Shown: positions 1 through 13,360 of the stretch, piece after piece | How positions within the stretch are numbered: the stretch's first letter is position 1 | How the letters are laid out: each line of letters starts with the position of its first letter | NCBI GenBank assembly: GCA_013239625.1 | Contig: MU053513.1 | Location: 640,370 to 704,369, forward strand | DNA from: Lama guanicoe | Taxonomy: Eukaryota | DNA: 64,000 nucleotides | Reading direction: 5' to 3' | Made by a program: the position numbers and the translations under genes | Notes under the pieces: generated by a model | What the model was told of the DNA's origin: nothing | The model's input: the letters and a program-made list of their open reading frames with translations, nothing else | Database searches by the model: none

Positions 1-39
1 GGGCAAGCAGGAGATGGGGCGCAAGAGAGCTCAGGCAGG

Positions 40-225
40 TGACAGGAACATTGAGCTACTGACTACAAGGATTTTAACTCTGAATGATTTGGAGAATCAA
101 TTACAAGAGTTGGACAAAGAAGTCACGTGACTGGATTTGGTTTTTAAAAACATATCTCTAGCTGCTCTGTTGTGATTCTATTTTAGGAGGCAAAGATAGA
201 ACAAGAAGGCCAGTTAAGAGACCAA
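40..225 (-). mobile_element. L2 LINE fragment
   Basis: 'agtcacgtgactggatttggtttttaaaaacatatctctagctgctctgttg...ggccagttaagagacc' resembles the reverse-strand L2 3' region (recalled consensus). Confidence 0.6.
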
Positions 226-349
226 AAATGTAGAATTTCCTTTCTGGTTTTAGCTATAAAAATAAACTTTCGTTAAGTCTTAGTCTTTTCAGTCCATCCA
301 AGTCTTTCAGTCCATCCATCAGCCTGACCCCAGTTATTTGCTGAACTAC

Positions 350-920
350 AGGTCTGATCATGTGACTTGCCTATTTCAAAATTTCAGTGGTTCCTCCTTG
401 CCTTCAAAATTATGTCCAACCTCTTCATACAAATCTCTTCTCAATCTGACCCCAATCTAGTTTTCCAGATTAATCTTCAACTCCTTTCCCGGCTCCTGAA
501 GTGTTCGCTTTAGTTATAAAAAGTTGGCTGCTATTTCCTGAACATGCCATGCTCCATCTTGCCTCTGTGCCTGCGAGCTTGTCACTCCCACTGGTAAGAA
601 AATGCATTTCTTTCTTCTGCCTAGTGAAACTTCAGTTTTCTTATTGAGATTCAACTCAAACACGATCACTTCTGTGAGACTTCCTTGACTCTCTCACTAG
701 ACTGAGTCTTCTTTCACTACATTCCACTGTCCTTCATATGTGTCCCTCCTAGCCCTGTTACATCAAAGCTATTTCTCCATGCATCTACCTCCTGAATAGA
801 CCACGAGCTTTGTGATGGCAGAGAATATGACCTGGCTGTTTCTATATCCCATGTCTTGAGTTATAGCCCATCACAGATTAGTATCAAATAATTGTTTTCT
901 CTTAAACGAGTGAATAAGTA
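350..920 (+). mobile_element. L2 LINE 3' fragment
   Basis: Starts with 'ctgatcatgtgacttgcc...tcagtggttcctcc', has a pyrimidine-rich body and ends in an L2-like 'gagtgaataagtaa' tail. Confidence 0.65.
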
Positions 921-1269
921 AAAATCATTTTTAACATGAGGTCTACAATCTTAAAGATCACATGTTTCAGAGTTACTCAAACATAAAACTGCAAAATTAA
1001 GCTCTTAAGAAATTTAGAGTGGCATAGTCAAAAAGAAAATAATTTACACTTTTTATATTTACTTTCAGCTGTGAATCTAGTTTAGTGAAAATCTATGTCC
1101 CAGATATGTGCTCTTGGTAAATTATAAATTTTCTCTCAAGCCCTGGTTCAAATGATATCTCTTTTTAAAATACTTCTTTGTTAGCTGGTCCATGCAATTA
1201 CTATGGACACAAAGATAAATAAATAATATTATCTGCCCACTAAAAATTCATCAAAAAATGGTCAGGCAT

Positions 1270-1790
1270 ACACAAAGCAGCCATCTGGATAAATGAGGGG
1301 TGGCATTGCAAATCGTTGGGGAAAGGATCTTCAACAACTGGTTACGGAAACAAGATTCCCACCTGGGGAAAAAAACAAATTTCCTTATGAGTAAATAATA
1401 TAAATGAGAAAGAAAATTCAAAACTTTTGGAACGTGACAAGTTTTTTTTTCTTTTTTATCTCAAAATAAGAATAATATTTTAAATAAGATATAAAAATTA
1501 TATACTAAAGAGGAGAGTTATTAAACTTCACTCTAGCAGCATAATAAGAGATTATTATAACAAAAAATAAAGATATTACAATAATGATGTTTTAAGCTGA
1601 TTTAAATGATGAAACTAGAAGAAGATTTTGACAAAATTTGTGACATCTAGAAGATACGCAGGAGGATTACACATAAATAAGGAGAAAAACACACATTGCA
1701 ATGGGAAATGGGCAAAGGACATGCACAGGCAATGCACAGTAGAGGCAAGTGCACATTCTTACCTAGAAAATAAGCAAAGACCTAGAAGAC
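1270..1790 (+). mobile_element. Old L1 (L1M) ORF2 3' fragment
   Basis: 'aaatcgttggggaaaggatcttcaacaactgg' and 'aaatgggcaaaggacatgcacaggca' are L1 ORF2 motifs. ORF 1628-1813 contains KWAKDMHRQ, similar to L1 KWAKDMNRH. Confidence 0.7.
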
Positions 1791-2229
1791 GCACTTCCGT
1801 ACAATCACAATGACAATAAGGTAACGCCATTAAACATGCAAGCCGATAGTCTTTGAATTTTTCTTGCCTGCTACTTTTCTAAGCATTTTACATGTATGCA
1901 AACTCTATTACTGTGCATGCAGTGCAATTTTAAGACTGTAGTGCAAGTAATTTCTATATCTGACAGCATTTTTGTGTTGTAAGAACTGTTGTTATTCCCT
2001 CTAAGGCAGAAAGGTCTTAAGTCAAGAGCCTTCCTTAATGGTATGGATTGTTTTTGTGTATGTAAGTACATCAGGCTTCACACAAACAGCTCTATATGCT
2101 GTTTGAGGATATGTAAATAGCAAAACAATAAAAATGGGGATGAGAAATGTATTTAACAAATCATGATGGTCATTGCCTCAGGGAAGAGGAAGGGACAGAA
2201 GCCGGGGCATGAGGGATACTGTTAGAATC

Positions 2230-2760
2230 TAAGATCATATCACTCCATTTCATTGAGTAAGATCCAAAGTCCTTAAGAAAACTTAGAAAGTCTTACGGGA
2301 CCTGAGCTCCCAGTTTTCTCTCTGGCCTTCTCCCCTGTCTCTCTACCGACCAACCCTCCTCTAGGCACCCTGTCCTCCTCCCTGGCCTCAGAATACTCCC
2401 ACCTCTGGCTCTTTTACTGGCTCTTTGTTCTGCCCACAGCATTCTTCCCAGTTATTTCCGTGACTCATTCCCTCCCTTCACGAGCCCACCACCACACACT
2501 CATCCCATTTAGAATAGCAAACCCACCCCCACCCTGGCATTCTCAATCCCTCTTCTGTTTCTATCTGATAGAACTTACACCCTTCTAAGATACTATATCA
2601 TTTATGTATTTATTAAGCTTATGGCTTATTGCTTATTTTGTGTCTTCATCCACTAGAAATAAGTTCCAAAGGGAAAAGATTTTTGTCTATATCATACATA
2701 AATGTACTCTCAGCACCAAGACAGTGGCCAGCACTACCAGTGCTTAGCAGTTACTTCTGC
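2230..2760 (+). mobile_element. L2 LINE 3' fragment
   Basis: 'gatcatatcactcc...ccactagaaataagttcc...cagcaccaagacagtggccagcac' is typical of the L2 3' end. Confidence 0.7.
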
Positions 2761-5100
2761 TAGGCGTATATGCATATATACAATTCATGTATTTTTTAAG
2801 TTATATATAATGCTTTACAAAAGCATAAAGAAAACATAACACAGAATTCACAGTGGTTAATTCTAGACTGTATGTGAATGACTATTTTTCTTTGTTTATT
2901 CTAAATTTTTTTCAATGTTGATAAAAGAACTAGCTAAAATATAACACAAATGAAGACTATAAATTACGTAAAATGGGATTGATTCTCTATTTTCGGCACT
3001 TAAGTTACAAAAACAAAAACCTGGAATTATTATTAATGAAATATTAGAGTCTTAACTAGTTGTTTTGCTAGCATGAAGGTCCAGCTAGTTTTCTATTTTA
3101 TTGAATTTATATATTATTTATGTGACACATTCTATTATGCAGCTTAAGTGTGTAAAGAATAGGAAATTATATAAATTTTACTAGAAAGTAACTTGGTTTT
3201 TGAACTTGGATATGTTCCCTCATTTAGTGACTTAAAAAAGTCTTCTAAAATAAAAGCTTGAAGGAAATGTGGGTATTTTTCTTCTTATCATCCATTTAAA
3301 GATGATTTCTTTGATGAATTAATAGAAGAGAAGTAGCTATCTCCAATTTTAAGATTTAATGAAGGACTTCTGTAACATATACAGCAGAGAATTCTTACTA
3401 GACTATTATTTTACCCCATCCCCCCAAAAAGGGATTAACCACAAAGCCAAATTCATTTTCAGCACGGTTGCCTTTCTGAAAATTCTATCAGGTCCCAATT
3501 TCTTTGCGTGAACTGAACTAGAGACGTGTATGCTTCCTGATGAGGTCTAGTGTACGGATGGATACATGACTTTAAAAGTATGAGCCACATTACAGACACA
3601 TTAGCAGGGAGGTTCCTGGACGGGCTACGTGCAGAGCATATATGAAAAGCTAAGTGAGAAAATCTGGTCCCACTATGGGTAAATTGGAAGGACAAGTTGA
3701 AAATGTTGAATTCAAACAACCAATAAACCAGATGGCTCAGAGGGGAATTTAATCGTTATACATAAAATTTAATATGGAACAGCACCATCAAGGTAAGTTA
3801 TTCTTTAAAACTCATAGTGTAGCTGGTGAGCCTCAGTGACTAGGGAATCTCAGGGTATTCCTGCATTTTAGAAGGAGAAATCCCATTGTTCAAAAGCCTG
3901 CCTACTAATAGAGCAAAAAAGCATAAAGAAAAAAAGCCACAGGAAAATATCAATATAGAAAGAAAAAATGTTTATTTTCCCAACTTTTCACAACTGGATT
4001 TCTTATTATTTTATTTCCAATATAATTCCAATTCATTTTAATGGCAGGCTAAGAACTAAGTAAAAATGGTAATAAAAGAGAAAATGAAATGGTATTCTTA
4101 CAGATCACGGTGACCATCTTTTTATTCTCCTCTGTTGATTAAAACGTGAAAATGAAGAAATTAACAGAGCAGTGACATTTGACTTTGTGAATTTTCCGGC
4201 CTCTTGATGTAGTTGATCTCATACCACGCAGGCCCAGCAATGCAACAGGAAAATGCACAAACTCATTCTTAAAGAAATGCAGTTATGGGTTTATCACTCC
4301 ACAAATATTTGGAGAGAAGCCAAAAACAGGCTCATTTATGTTTTTATCCACAATTCTCTATATGGAAGCCCTGGTCCTTGTGAACTGAGTCCAATACTGT
4401 GTAAATCCCCAAAAGTCCTTTTGCCAAGACTGTCACAATTCTGTACAGCATCAAAAGAAATGTGCTCCTTGGACCCATGGGTCCAGCTTCACATTTGTCT
4501 TCCCTAGACTTCTGTCTAAAGACAATGAATCATAACATGAGGAGAATCAAAACTTCAGTCCCTAGAGAAGCATGGCATTTCCCATATCCTCCATGCCCAA
4601 AACTCCACATCACTGTGTGTGTGTGGTGGGGGGGGGTCACATTAGGGAGTGCAACCAACATTTCTTTTTCTATTAAAGAAAAAACGGTGGTCACTCATCA
4701 AACACAGATACTACAACAACAACTGAAGATTAACTGGCATTATGGGAGCCCCCAGGTGACCTTTTCTCTCCTCTGCAGCTCTTCCAATTACTCCCCCCTC
4801 AAGCCCTCTCCCACTGCAGTTTTCCTGGGCCCATGCCTTGAGAGCATCATAAGACGTGTTTTCAAGATGATTGCCTGAGCTAAGTCCTACTATTTGACAC
4901 GACAAGGCAATTCAGTTTTCCATATGTGAAGCTGATTGAACTACATCTAACTTTGGCCTCCACATATATTCAAAAAATGTCCTACCTTTTTCCCTCTTCT
5001 TTCCACACATATTCATTAACCATCTATAGGATGGTGTACACTGTTCTCAACCCCATGGTGCTTAGTAACCCACCTGCTTCCATTCATTCCCAAAAAATTT

Positions 5101-5172
5101 CTTATTTTATTTTTTTAAAGTGAAGTATAGTCAGTTTACAATGTTAATTTTTGGTGTACAGCATAGTGAGTC

Positions 5173-5205
<33 letters not shown>

Positions 5206-5653
5206 TTTATTTATTTATTTATTTATTTATTATTTATTCTTTTTATGGCCTAGTAGTATTCCACTATGTATGTGTGTGTGTGTATACCACATCTTTTTCA
5301 TCCATTTATCTCTGGATGGACATTTAGGTTGCTTCCATGTCTTGGCTTTTGTAAATAGTGCTGCTGCTATGGACATTGGGATGCACGTAACCTTCCTCCA
5401 AATATATTCCCAGGAGTGGGACTGCTGGAACCTAGGGTAAGCCTATTTTCAGTCTTTTAAGGACTCTCCATACTGTTTTCCATAGTGGCTGTACCAAATT
5501 ACATTCCCATCAATAGGGTAGGAGGGTTCCCTTTTTCCACCCCCTCTTCAGACTTTATTGTTTGTGGACTTTTTAAATGATGGTCATTCTGACCTGTGTG
5601 AGATGATACCTCATTGTGGCTTTGATTTTCATTTCTCTAATAGTGATATTGAG
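5101..5653 (-). mobile_element. 5'-truncated cetartiodactyl/camelid L1 3' end with internal (TAGA)n/(TTTA)n/(TG)n
   Basis: Poly-T followed by 'gaagtatagtcagtttacaatgtt', then L1 ORF2-end sequence. Degenerate TSD: cattcccaaaaaattt (5085-5100) vs catttccaaagtattt (5654-5669). Confidence 0.85.
5173..5236. repeat. Compound microsatellite (AGAT)n(ATTT)n
   Basis: Directly visible tetranucleotide runs. Confidence 0.95.
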
Positions 5654-6557
5654 CATTTCCAAAGTATTTTAAAGAGATGTGTTTAAAGAAATGCACAGAC
5701 ACATGATCGCAATTCTCAAATTTGTATTATCCAAAAGCCATTTACATCTGTTCTTTTTGTGTTGTGAATTCTGCATGAGTTTACAGAGATCATGAATGTA
5801 GGAGAACATAGTTAATAAAAAAAAGCAATAGAGAGACATATTTTATGCAAGCTATTCAGTGGCAATTGACCAGGATATGTCTACCCAGAGCTACAATCAC
5901 TTGGCTCTGCCTTCCTTTCTTTGCAGGAGCTGTCTTAGCTAATTGCTGACTGCTAAGAGTGCCAGCAGCTACTCCGGACTGCAATGAGATGTGGAGATAC
6001 AGACACCACATTTATTTTCTTCAAGATTTTCAAGGAACTCGGGACAGATTTCTTTGGAGAAGAGGGCAATGGAGCAGAATTCTTATTACTATGGCCCATC
6101 TTGAAAAATAAGATGAATTTTCCTTAAAAACTACTGAGAGTGTAGATGCTGAGTATGTAATCCAAATTTATTCTTTTTTCCCAAAGTTGAAAAACATGAG
6201 GAATTTCTGAAATCATAAATCATTTTTAGAAATTTTAAAAATACAGATATTAAATAATACTATATTACTAACACCCATGTTCCAAAAAATCAAAAATGAA
6301 AATTATTGCCACTGCCAATTTGTGTGTGTGTGTGTGTATATATACATATATATAGCATATTCACACATGCACAACTACATATATAGACATATATATGGAA
6401 AGAGTAATCTATTTCTCTATCTAGCGAGATGATTTTTTTATTTTAATTTTTCCATTGTATAATTTTACTCAATTCCTTATTAATAGAAACAATTACAAAC
6501 AGATGCCATATATGTCTCCCTGTGATAAATGTGACTGTCTCTAGGATGTGTACTGTA

Positions 6558-6823
6558 TGTTGCAAGGGAAATTTAGTGCCACAGAGAATGCAAAAAATTA
6601 ATAAATAGAAACTTCAATTAAAGAGTCAAGAGAACAGAAGGGGGAGTGCTCACGCAAGCACTCAGCCAATGAAAAGCTTTGTTTGCTACAGGCCTCCCAA
6701 CTTCCTTTTCCCTTTCATAAAAGTGTTCTACTTCCCTTGCTACCAAGAAACTTGCAAGTGGCTCATCTCAGTTCTCTGCTGTGCTGGAAAAATATCTGGC
6801 AGTATATTTGTATTAAGTCAACA
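6558..6823 (+). mobile_element. Degenerate ERV1-type LTR inserted in an old minus-strand L1 fragment
   Basis: tgttg...gtcaaca termini, internal CCAAT and 'cataaaag'. The flanks (6480-6550, 6824-7080) read as antisense L1 ORF2; ORF 6837-7097 has INRQFTQKEIRM. Confidence 0.5.
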
Positions 6824-7200
6824 AGCATACAGATATTCAAATTGTGATTTTCCACAAAATCACTCTACAACTGGTTATACCAACTGTAGTTTGAACAATG
6901 CTTAAGAGCTTCTTTTCTTCACATTCTTTGTTCATTCTTATTTCCTTTTGTGTAAATTGCCTGTTTATATATGTTATCAATTGGCTTGTTGCAATTTTCC
7001 CACTGATATGTTCTCTGCTATGAGAGTTTCCTAGTTCTGGAGGGCTGCACTTCTCAAACATTTCCAATATTCTGCTGTTTCCCATCGAAGCCCACACTCA
7101 ACACAATCACATGCCTTGTTAACATAGACTACATAACATGGTCAGGAAATGACAACATGGAGACTTCCTAATCTGCTATTACTATTAAGAGAAACTTTTT

Positions 7201-7354
7201 GAGGGGAAGGGAGGGTATAGCTCAGTGGTAGAGCATGTGCCTAGCATGCACGAGGTTCTGGGTTCAATCCCCAGTACCTCTATTAAAATAAATTAATTAA
7301 TTAAAACCTAATCACTTCCCCCCATAAAAATGATTCATAAAAATTTTTTTAATA
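7201..7354 (+). mobile_element. tRNA-Ala-derived camelid SINE (vic-1-like)
   Basis: A box 'tagctcagtggtaga', B box 'ggttcaatcc', AT-rich tail, and TSD aagagaaactttt at 7187-7199 and 7355-7367. Confidence 0.9.
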
Positions 7355-7370
7355 AAGAGAAACTTTTCAC

Positions 7371-7505
7371 GGGGTTGGGTATAGCTAGCTTAGCATGCAT
7401 GAAGTCCTAGGTTCAATCCCCAGTACCTCCATCAAAAAAATAAAAAAGAACAGAAAAAAAATGAATGGCAAAAAAAGAGAGTAGTAAAAAAAAAAAATAG
7501 AGAGA
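7371..7505 (+). mobile_element. Second vic-1-like SINE, internally deleted in the A-box region
   Basis: 'gggtatagct-agcttagcatgcatgaagtcctaggttcaatccccagtacctcc' plus an A-rich tail, flanked by gagaaacttttca / gagaaccttttca. Confidence 0.85.
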
Positions 7506-10104
7506 GAGAGAGAACCTTTTCATACTGTCATTATACAAGTACCATACAGTCCATATTTCTGGACCAAACATTTTTTGTTGTTGAATTCAAAGTGAAGACA
7601 AATGCTAAACAGGGACTTGTAAGTCAGTCTTATATGTAGTTATTCTCCATGCTCCAAATAAAAAAATTCACTTTCCCCTGACCTTCCTCTCATACAGTTA
7701 CCTAGAGATAAATTAGAGGAAAAGAAGGTGGAAAACTCGGGGTATTAAATAACAATTGGCCAAGGAGTGTATATTTAAAGAAATAAAACATTCTTAATTG
7801 CAGTAAAGAACACAAATAATTAGAACCATAAAATGTGTTGATGAGGACTCATAGATTACAATCTGGAATGTGAGCCCCTGCAGACTGATGTTTTGTTGCC
7901 CCCAGCTGACGTCAAGTACCTTGATTTCAGAAAGGAGCATCTTAGAGCAGATGCAAGGTTAAGCCCAGTGTTGGGCACAACAGCAGAGTACCAGGCGGCC
8001 AGGAGTTAAGAAATAGACTGAATTTCCCACCGGAGTCAACTGTGACAACCCTATTTAAATTCTCTAATTCTTTAAAGATGGGGTAAGGTCAATAATTAAC
8101 AAAGCATTTTAAGATGAGCGAGAAAACAACTATTTTATCTCTAACTGATGCAATTTGCGTCTTAAGCACATAACCTGCTGGATAGTGATGAAGGAAGTAA
8201 AGACATCCCATAGACCCCAGAGTGAGTCTGATGCTTCAGATTCACACCAGTCTCTCTGGGTAGATTCCATCTTTCATGGGTAAAAGTTTAGTCCTCCAGG
8301 CTTTTTCCTGTCCTACTCCAATGTATCTAAGATGCCAGGCAGCAAAAAAAGTGATGTCATGCAGACTTCTGTGGAATGTCAGGCTCATGGCCATTTGCTC
8401 TTGTGCACCATGAGTCTGTCTATCCGGACCACAAAAAGATGTTAATTTCCTGACCCTTCTACATACTCTACATAGAAATCTGACACGTGCAGGCTGTGAG
8501 AAAACAGAATTGCTCATTTTGATCACTTACCTGAAGGACATAAGCCTCTGCAAGTTTATGTTGGACATGGCTCCAAAACAAAGCGGTACTATTGAAGGGG
8601 GGTTTTGTCCTTTTCCAGGGTCCCCATCTTCAACTGGATATTTCTCTCATGTACCACTTTGAGGATTCCCTTAGAACAACAAATGATAAATTGGCACTGA
8701 CTTTCTTTCACTAAAACCCTCTCTCCCAGAATTTCCCTCACTTTGAACTCTCACAATTTTCCATTTCCTTTTCTGGCAGGTAGGATTTCTATGACATCAT
8801 ATCCTGAGTTCTCTCTTTGTAACTTAGAATAAGACTGACTAGTCAAGCTTGACTCTATCGGAACTGGCTCTTGATATGTTAATGGGTGATTAAGGAATTT
8901 AGAAAATCCTCTTCTCTCTCAGTAATCCCTAGCTTTCCAGAATATTGTTTCATAAAAGACTCAGAAATTCTTAATGACTACTTTGACAGTCAAAACCTAG
9001 TAATGATTTTATTGCTCTAATTGGTATATCCATCTTTCCCATAGTTAAGCCTTTTGGCTTGTCCTTAAGAGAACACAAAGGAAAATTATTTAAAAGGAGT
9101 AACGAAATAAATCAAGTTAATATTTTCCAAATATTATCCCATTATAGGATAGAAGAATTGGCAACAAAAAGCAAATTTCATACTATAATATTTGTAAATT
9201 TGGTAAATATGTACAAGCTTACATTGTTGAGCAAACTCTAAATAATTTAATTTCAATATCCCTAGTTTAACAGAGTATCATTTTGTAAAATTCTACTCCC
9301 TTTCACTATTATTATAAATGAAAGTTTATGGAATGCTGGCCTCTCATTGTCTTAAATATACTTAAGCCATATAAAACTTCAGATTCCTAACTTCTGAAAA
9401 ATTCAAAATTTAGATATATTTGGGCTTGTGTTTCCTCACGGAGCCATTAGCCAGAGCGGAGCAGCGGCCGGCAGCTTCCCACGCCGTTGTTTCCTTGGTT
9501 CATCTTAGCCTTCTCCACTTGCTGTTTTTTCTCTGGCAAAATAACCATTTTATTTATTAATGATAACTGCATGGGCTCTGTAGTCAAATGCTAAATGTAT
9601 TTGGACTGTATTCACAAAGCTAAGATGGCCATGTTTGGAGTGGATGGGCTCTGAATTATGATCACAGTCAACGATCCAGAGCCCAGAGCATGCAAAACCA
9701 ATCAGCAGCGCCCTTGGCCGGGTGCCGCCTGGCAGGCTTGTTTCTGTCAACGTGTGTTGCCACCTGTAAGTTCTACTGGCACTGGCAGTGGCCCATGGCC
9801 TCAGCTCTCAATTCTAGCACTTCCCACATCACTTGTCCAAACACAGAACCAAGTCTTTAAGAGTCTCTGAGTCCTCTACCCTAGTTAGAAGGTCAACAGG
9901 GCTGTCCCAGACAGTAAGGGTCACATGGTTCTCTGGTGTCTGATGGAAGTGGGGAGAAACAGTGTGATACACATAGGAGAGCAAATAATAAACAGTAACC
10001 ACATGAGATGACATGGACAAAGTCACAAAAGATTGCCTGAACAAGGATCTAGAGGCAAGAGAGTTAGAAGAGTCAAGAGAGTATCAAAAGTAGGATAGGA
10101 GAAT

Positions 10105-10868
10105 GCATGATAAATACTGGAGAGGCTGTGGAGAAAATTGAACCCTCCTACACTGCTGGTGGGAATGCAGTTTGATGCAGCCATGGTGGAAAACAGTGTG
10201 GAGATTTCTCAAAAGACTAAAAGTAGACTTACCATATGACCCAGCGATCCCACTCCTGGGCATGTATCCAGAGGGAACCTTAATTCAAAAAGACACCTGC
10301 ACCCTAGTGTTCATAGCAGCACTATTTACAATAGCCAAGACACAGATGTAACCCAAATGTCCATCAACAGATGACCAGATAAAGAAGTTATGGTATATTT
10401 ATATAATGGAATACTACTCAGCCATAAAAATGATAATAATGATGCCATTTACAGCAACATAGATGGCCCTGGAGATCGTCATTCTAAGTGAAGTAAGCCA
10501 GAAAGAGAAAGAAAAATATCATACGATATCACTGAAAGAAAAACCAAGACAAAAGAATTTATATATAAAACAGAGACAAACTCACAGCCATAGAATACAG
10601 ACTCGTGGTTGCCGAGAGGGAGGAGGGTGGGAAGGGATAAAATGGAAGTTCGAGATTTGCAGATACTGATTGGTATATATAAAATAGATAAACAAGTTTA
10701 TACTGTACAGCACAGGGAAATATATTGAGTATCTTATCATAGTTTATGGCAAAAAAGAATATGAAAATGAATATATGTAAATCCATGTATGATTGAAGCA
10801 TTGTGCTGTACACCAGAAGTTGACACAGCATTGTAAACTGACTCTACCTAAATTAAAAAAAAAAAAAA
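10105..10868 (+). mobile_element. 5'-truncated camelid L1 (ORF2 end + 3'UTR + polyA)
   Basis: 'ggagaggctgtggagaaa...accatatgacccagcgatcccactcctggg...'; ORF LEIVILSEVSQKEKEKYH matches the L1 ORF2 C-terminus; ends 'tgtaaactgactctacctaaattaaaaaaaa'. Confidence 0.92.
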
Positions 10869-12330
10869 GAGCAATTGTAAAGCAGTCAGCTAGATGAGCT
10901 CTGGATGTGGGCTGCAGGAAGTGAGGCTAGATTTTGACCTCTTGCTGATTTCGGGCAAGGAGGCTGAGTCTACCCGAAGGCCTGGGGTGAAGCTGCCTGC
11001 ACTGGAAACTGAACTGCGGTTTGGCACCGGGATGAGGCCATTAAGAAGTCCCCTCTGACTCTGTCTATTTCTCTATTTGTGAGACAATTTCAACAATACA
11101 GAAAGAGTTAAAAAAAACACATATAGTAGCGTAGAAAGGCAGTTTAATTAAAACATTTAAAGTATATGATGCTCTTAATTTGAGTAATCTGAATCTGTGT
11201 CAAATTATAGATACTTTTGCTTAAAAACAACCGTGGGATACATGACTGTGCATTTTTATTCAGCAGGTATTTTCTAAGAATTTAAAATTATGTCAGATAC
11301 AAAGGATAAACTAAAGAGCTTTTTTAAGGACCTAGGAAGAGTTTCCCTATAAGAAATTTATGATCACTTTGATTGGAAACAAGATATACATCCTGTTTAG
11401 TGTAATTTGAAGTCTGAAGTAACAATTTCCTACCATCACAGCCCCTCTTTTAAGTGCCAAGCACAGTGTTAGATTCTAAAAGTGAAATATTTTATCCAAC
11501 CCTCAAGGTAGGTAAAAGAGACATTATCGTTCCCATAAAACAAGGGAGGTGAAAAACTTTTTGCTTGGATTATCTTGATAGCTTTTCCAAAACTCAATTC
11601 CACATTATCCATAGCCTTTGTCCAATGCCTTCCTGCAGCAATTTCCAAGTTTGTATTTTAAAACGCTAGACGTCTTAGCCTACCATTCACAGGACTACAA
11701 GACCTTTTGCCATTCAGTAGTGCAGTGATTATCACCTGTTTTCTTCCCCTTTAAGAACTCTATATTCCAACGTATTCCAGAACTTTCTCCTGCCCAAACA
11801 GCTTGAACTTCCCATAATTGAACATTTGCTTCACTTTCATCCATCTAAGGAATGCCTTTTTCCCTTTCTCTTAATAACAAATGTTATAGATTCTCCAAGT
11901 CAAAAACAAATGAAAAAACAATTTTAATAAAATCTTTCCTAACTCTCTCAGTCTCAGATAATCTCCATCTTGAACAATTGTCCTTCCCATGAACACTTCT
12001 GAGCTTAGCCCCTTCTACTTTTGTAGCATTGTCTGGCCAGGCCTGTAGATGTTTAGTTATTAATTGGTTTGTGGTTGGAAGAGGTTTACATGGAGAGATA
12101 CTGAAAGGTAAAACTGTTGGGAACAGGACTTGCAAAGCAGGCATTGAATCCCAGGGAAATTCTAACAAGAATTGTCAAGATCACGTAATTTTCACTGAAT
12201 TTCAAGTTATTAAAACCTATTCGGATGACCCAGGATGGCCCTGAACTAGATCTAGAGACATATCAGAGCAACAGGGCCCTTAAGAGAAAACTATCATTCT
12301 GAACTTAACCTAGAAGTTACAATGGCCAGA

Positions 12331-12712
12331 TTAGCATGTGAATTGACAGACTGAGTAAAGATCACCCTCACCAATGTGGGTGGGTGTCATTCAATCCCTT
12401 GAAGGTCTGAATAGAACAAAAGGGAAGAGGAAGAAGGGATTTGCTCTTTGGCTTGAGCTGGGATGTTCCTCTTCTCTTGCTCTCTGACGTCTGCACTCTG
12501 GGTTCTCAAACCTGTGGACTTGGACTGAGTTACACCGCTGGCTTTCCCAGTTCTCCAGCTTGCGGAAGCCCAAGGGATCCATTGCTGGGCTTCTTGACCT
12601 CCATAATTGTGTGAGGCGCCAATTCCTATAAATCTCCTCTCTCTCTCTCCCCCTTTCTCTCTCTCTCTCTCTGTACACTGTTGACTCTGCGTCTCTGGAG
12701 AACCCTAATCCA
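12331..12712 (+). mobile_element. MLT2-type ERVL LTR (MLT2B/D-like), 5' part missing
   Basis: 'gactgagtaaagatcaccctcaccaatgtgggtggg...tctctggagaaccctaat' with the internal (CT)n tract characteristic of MLT2. Confidence 0.85.
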
Positions 12713-13229
12713 ATGGTTATGCATAGGAGCTGTTTCTTAACTTGACCCATGAGCTGTCAGTACCCTGCGGTATTACCTTCCCGTACAGTTTCTTTACTGC
12801 CTGCACAAACCAGTAAAGCTGTTTGAAGTTCTCTTCCTGTTAGGCCCCTGGGGAGGAGAACTGACAGAAGGAAGCAGAGTTTGTTAAAATAAACTGAGGA
12901 CTGCTGAGCCGTTTCCTTCACTTAGATACTGCTCCTCAGCCCTTGTCTCTCTCGGTCAGCACAGCACACGTGCGTGCACGCACACACAGCTGATGTGTTT
13001 TGCTTTATAGATCTGCGCATCTTTTCTGTTTTGCATTGCTTTTTCTTTTAGCGTAATATAAACTTGTTTAGATATGACAACTTCTAGAGATTATAAAGGA
13101 GATCTTTTACAAGTGTTGGAATCTATGTTATACTAACACATGTGCTGCTTAGGGAAAACAGATCACTGGGCTGCAGAAATGGCACGATGCTGTTTTCTAA
13201 AATGTATGACCCAAATTACTATTAATAAT

Positions 13230-13360
13230 AACATGACAAGATAATTAACACCTGCATAGCAGTTTTCATTTTAAGAATACTTTAGAAATATTAATTGGAT
13301 AACCTCTTCAACACCCCATTTTACAACCACAAAAACCAAAGCAGAGGTTAAGTGATTTCT
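13230..13360 (-). mobile_element. MIR SINE fragment
   Basis: 'ccccattttacaaccacaaaaaccaaagcagaggttaagtgatttctcaa' resembles the MIR core. Confidence 0.55.

Noticed and set aside
3790..3798. Consensus splice donor AAG|GTAAGT (also a minus-strand donor at about 8525-8533)
   Set aside because: Isolated sites are expected by chance, and no coherent exon chain could be built without transcript data.
7205..7282. tRNA-Ala-like gene
   Set aside because: It has an A/T-rich tail, a TSD and a degenerate neighbouring copy, so it is a tRNA-derived SINE rather than a tRNA gene.
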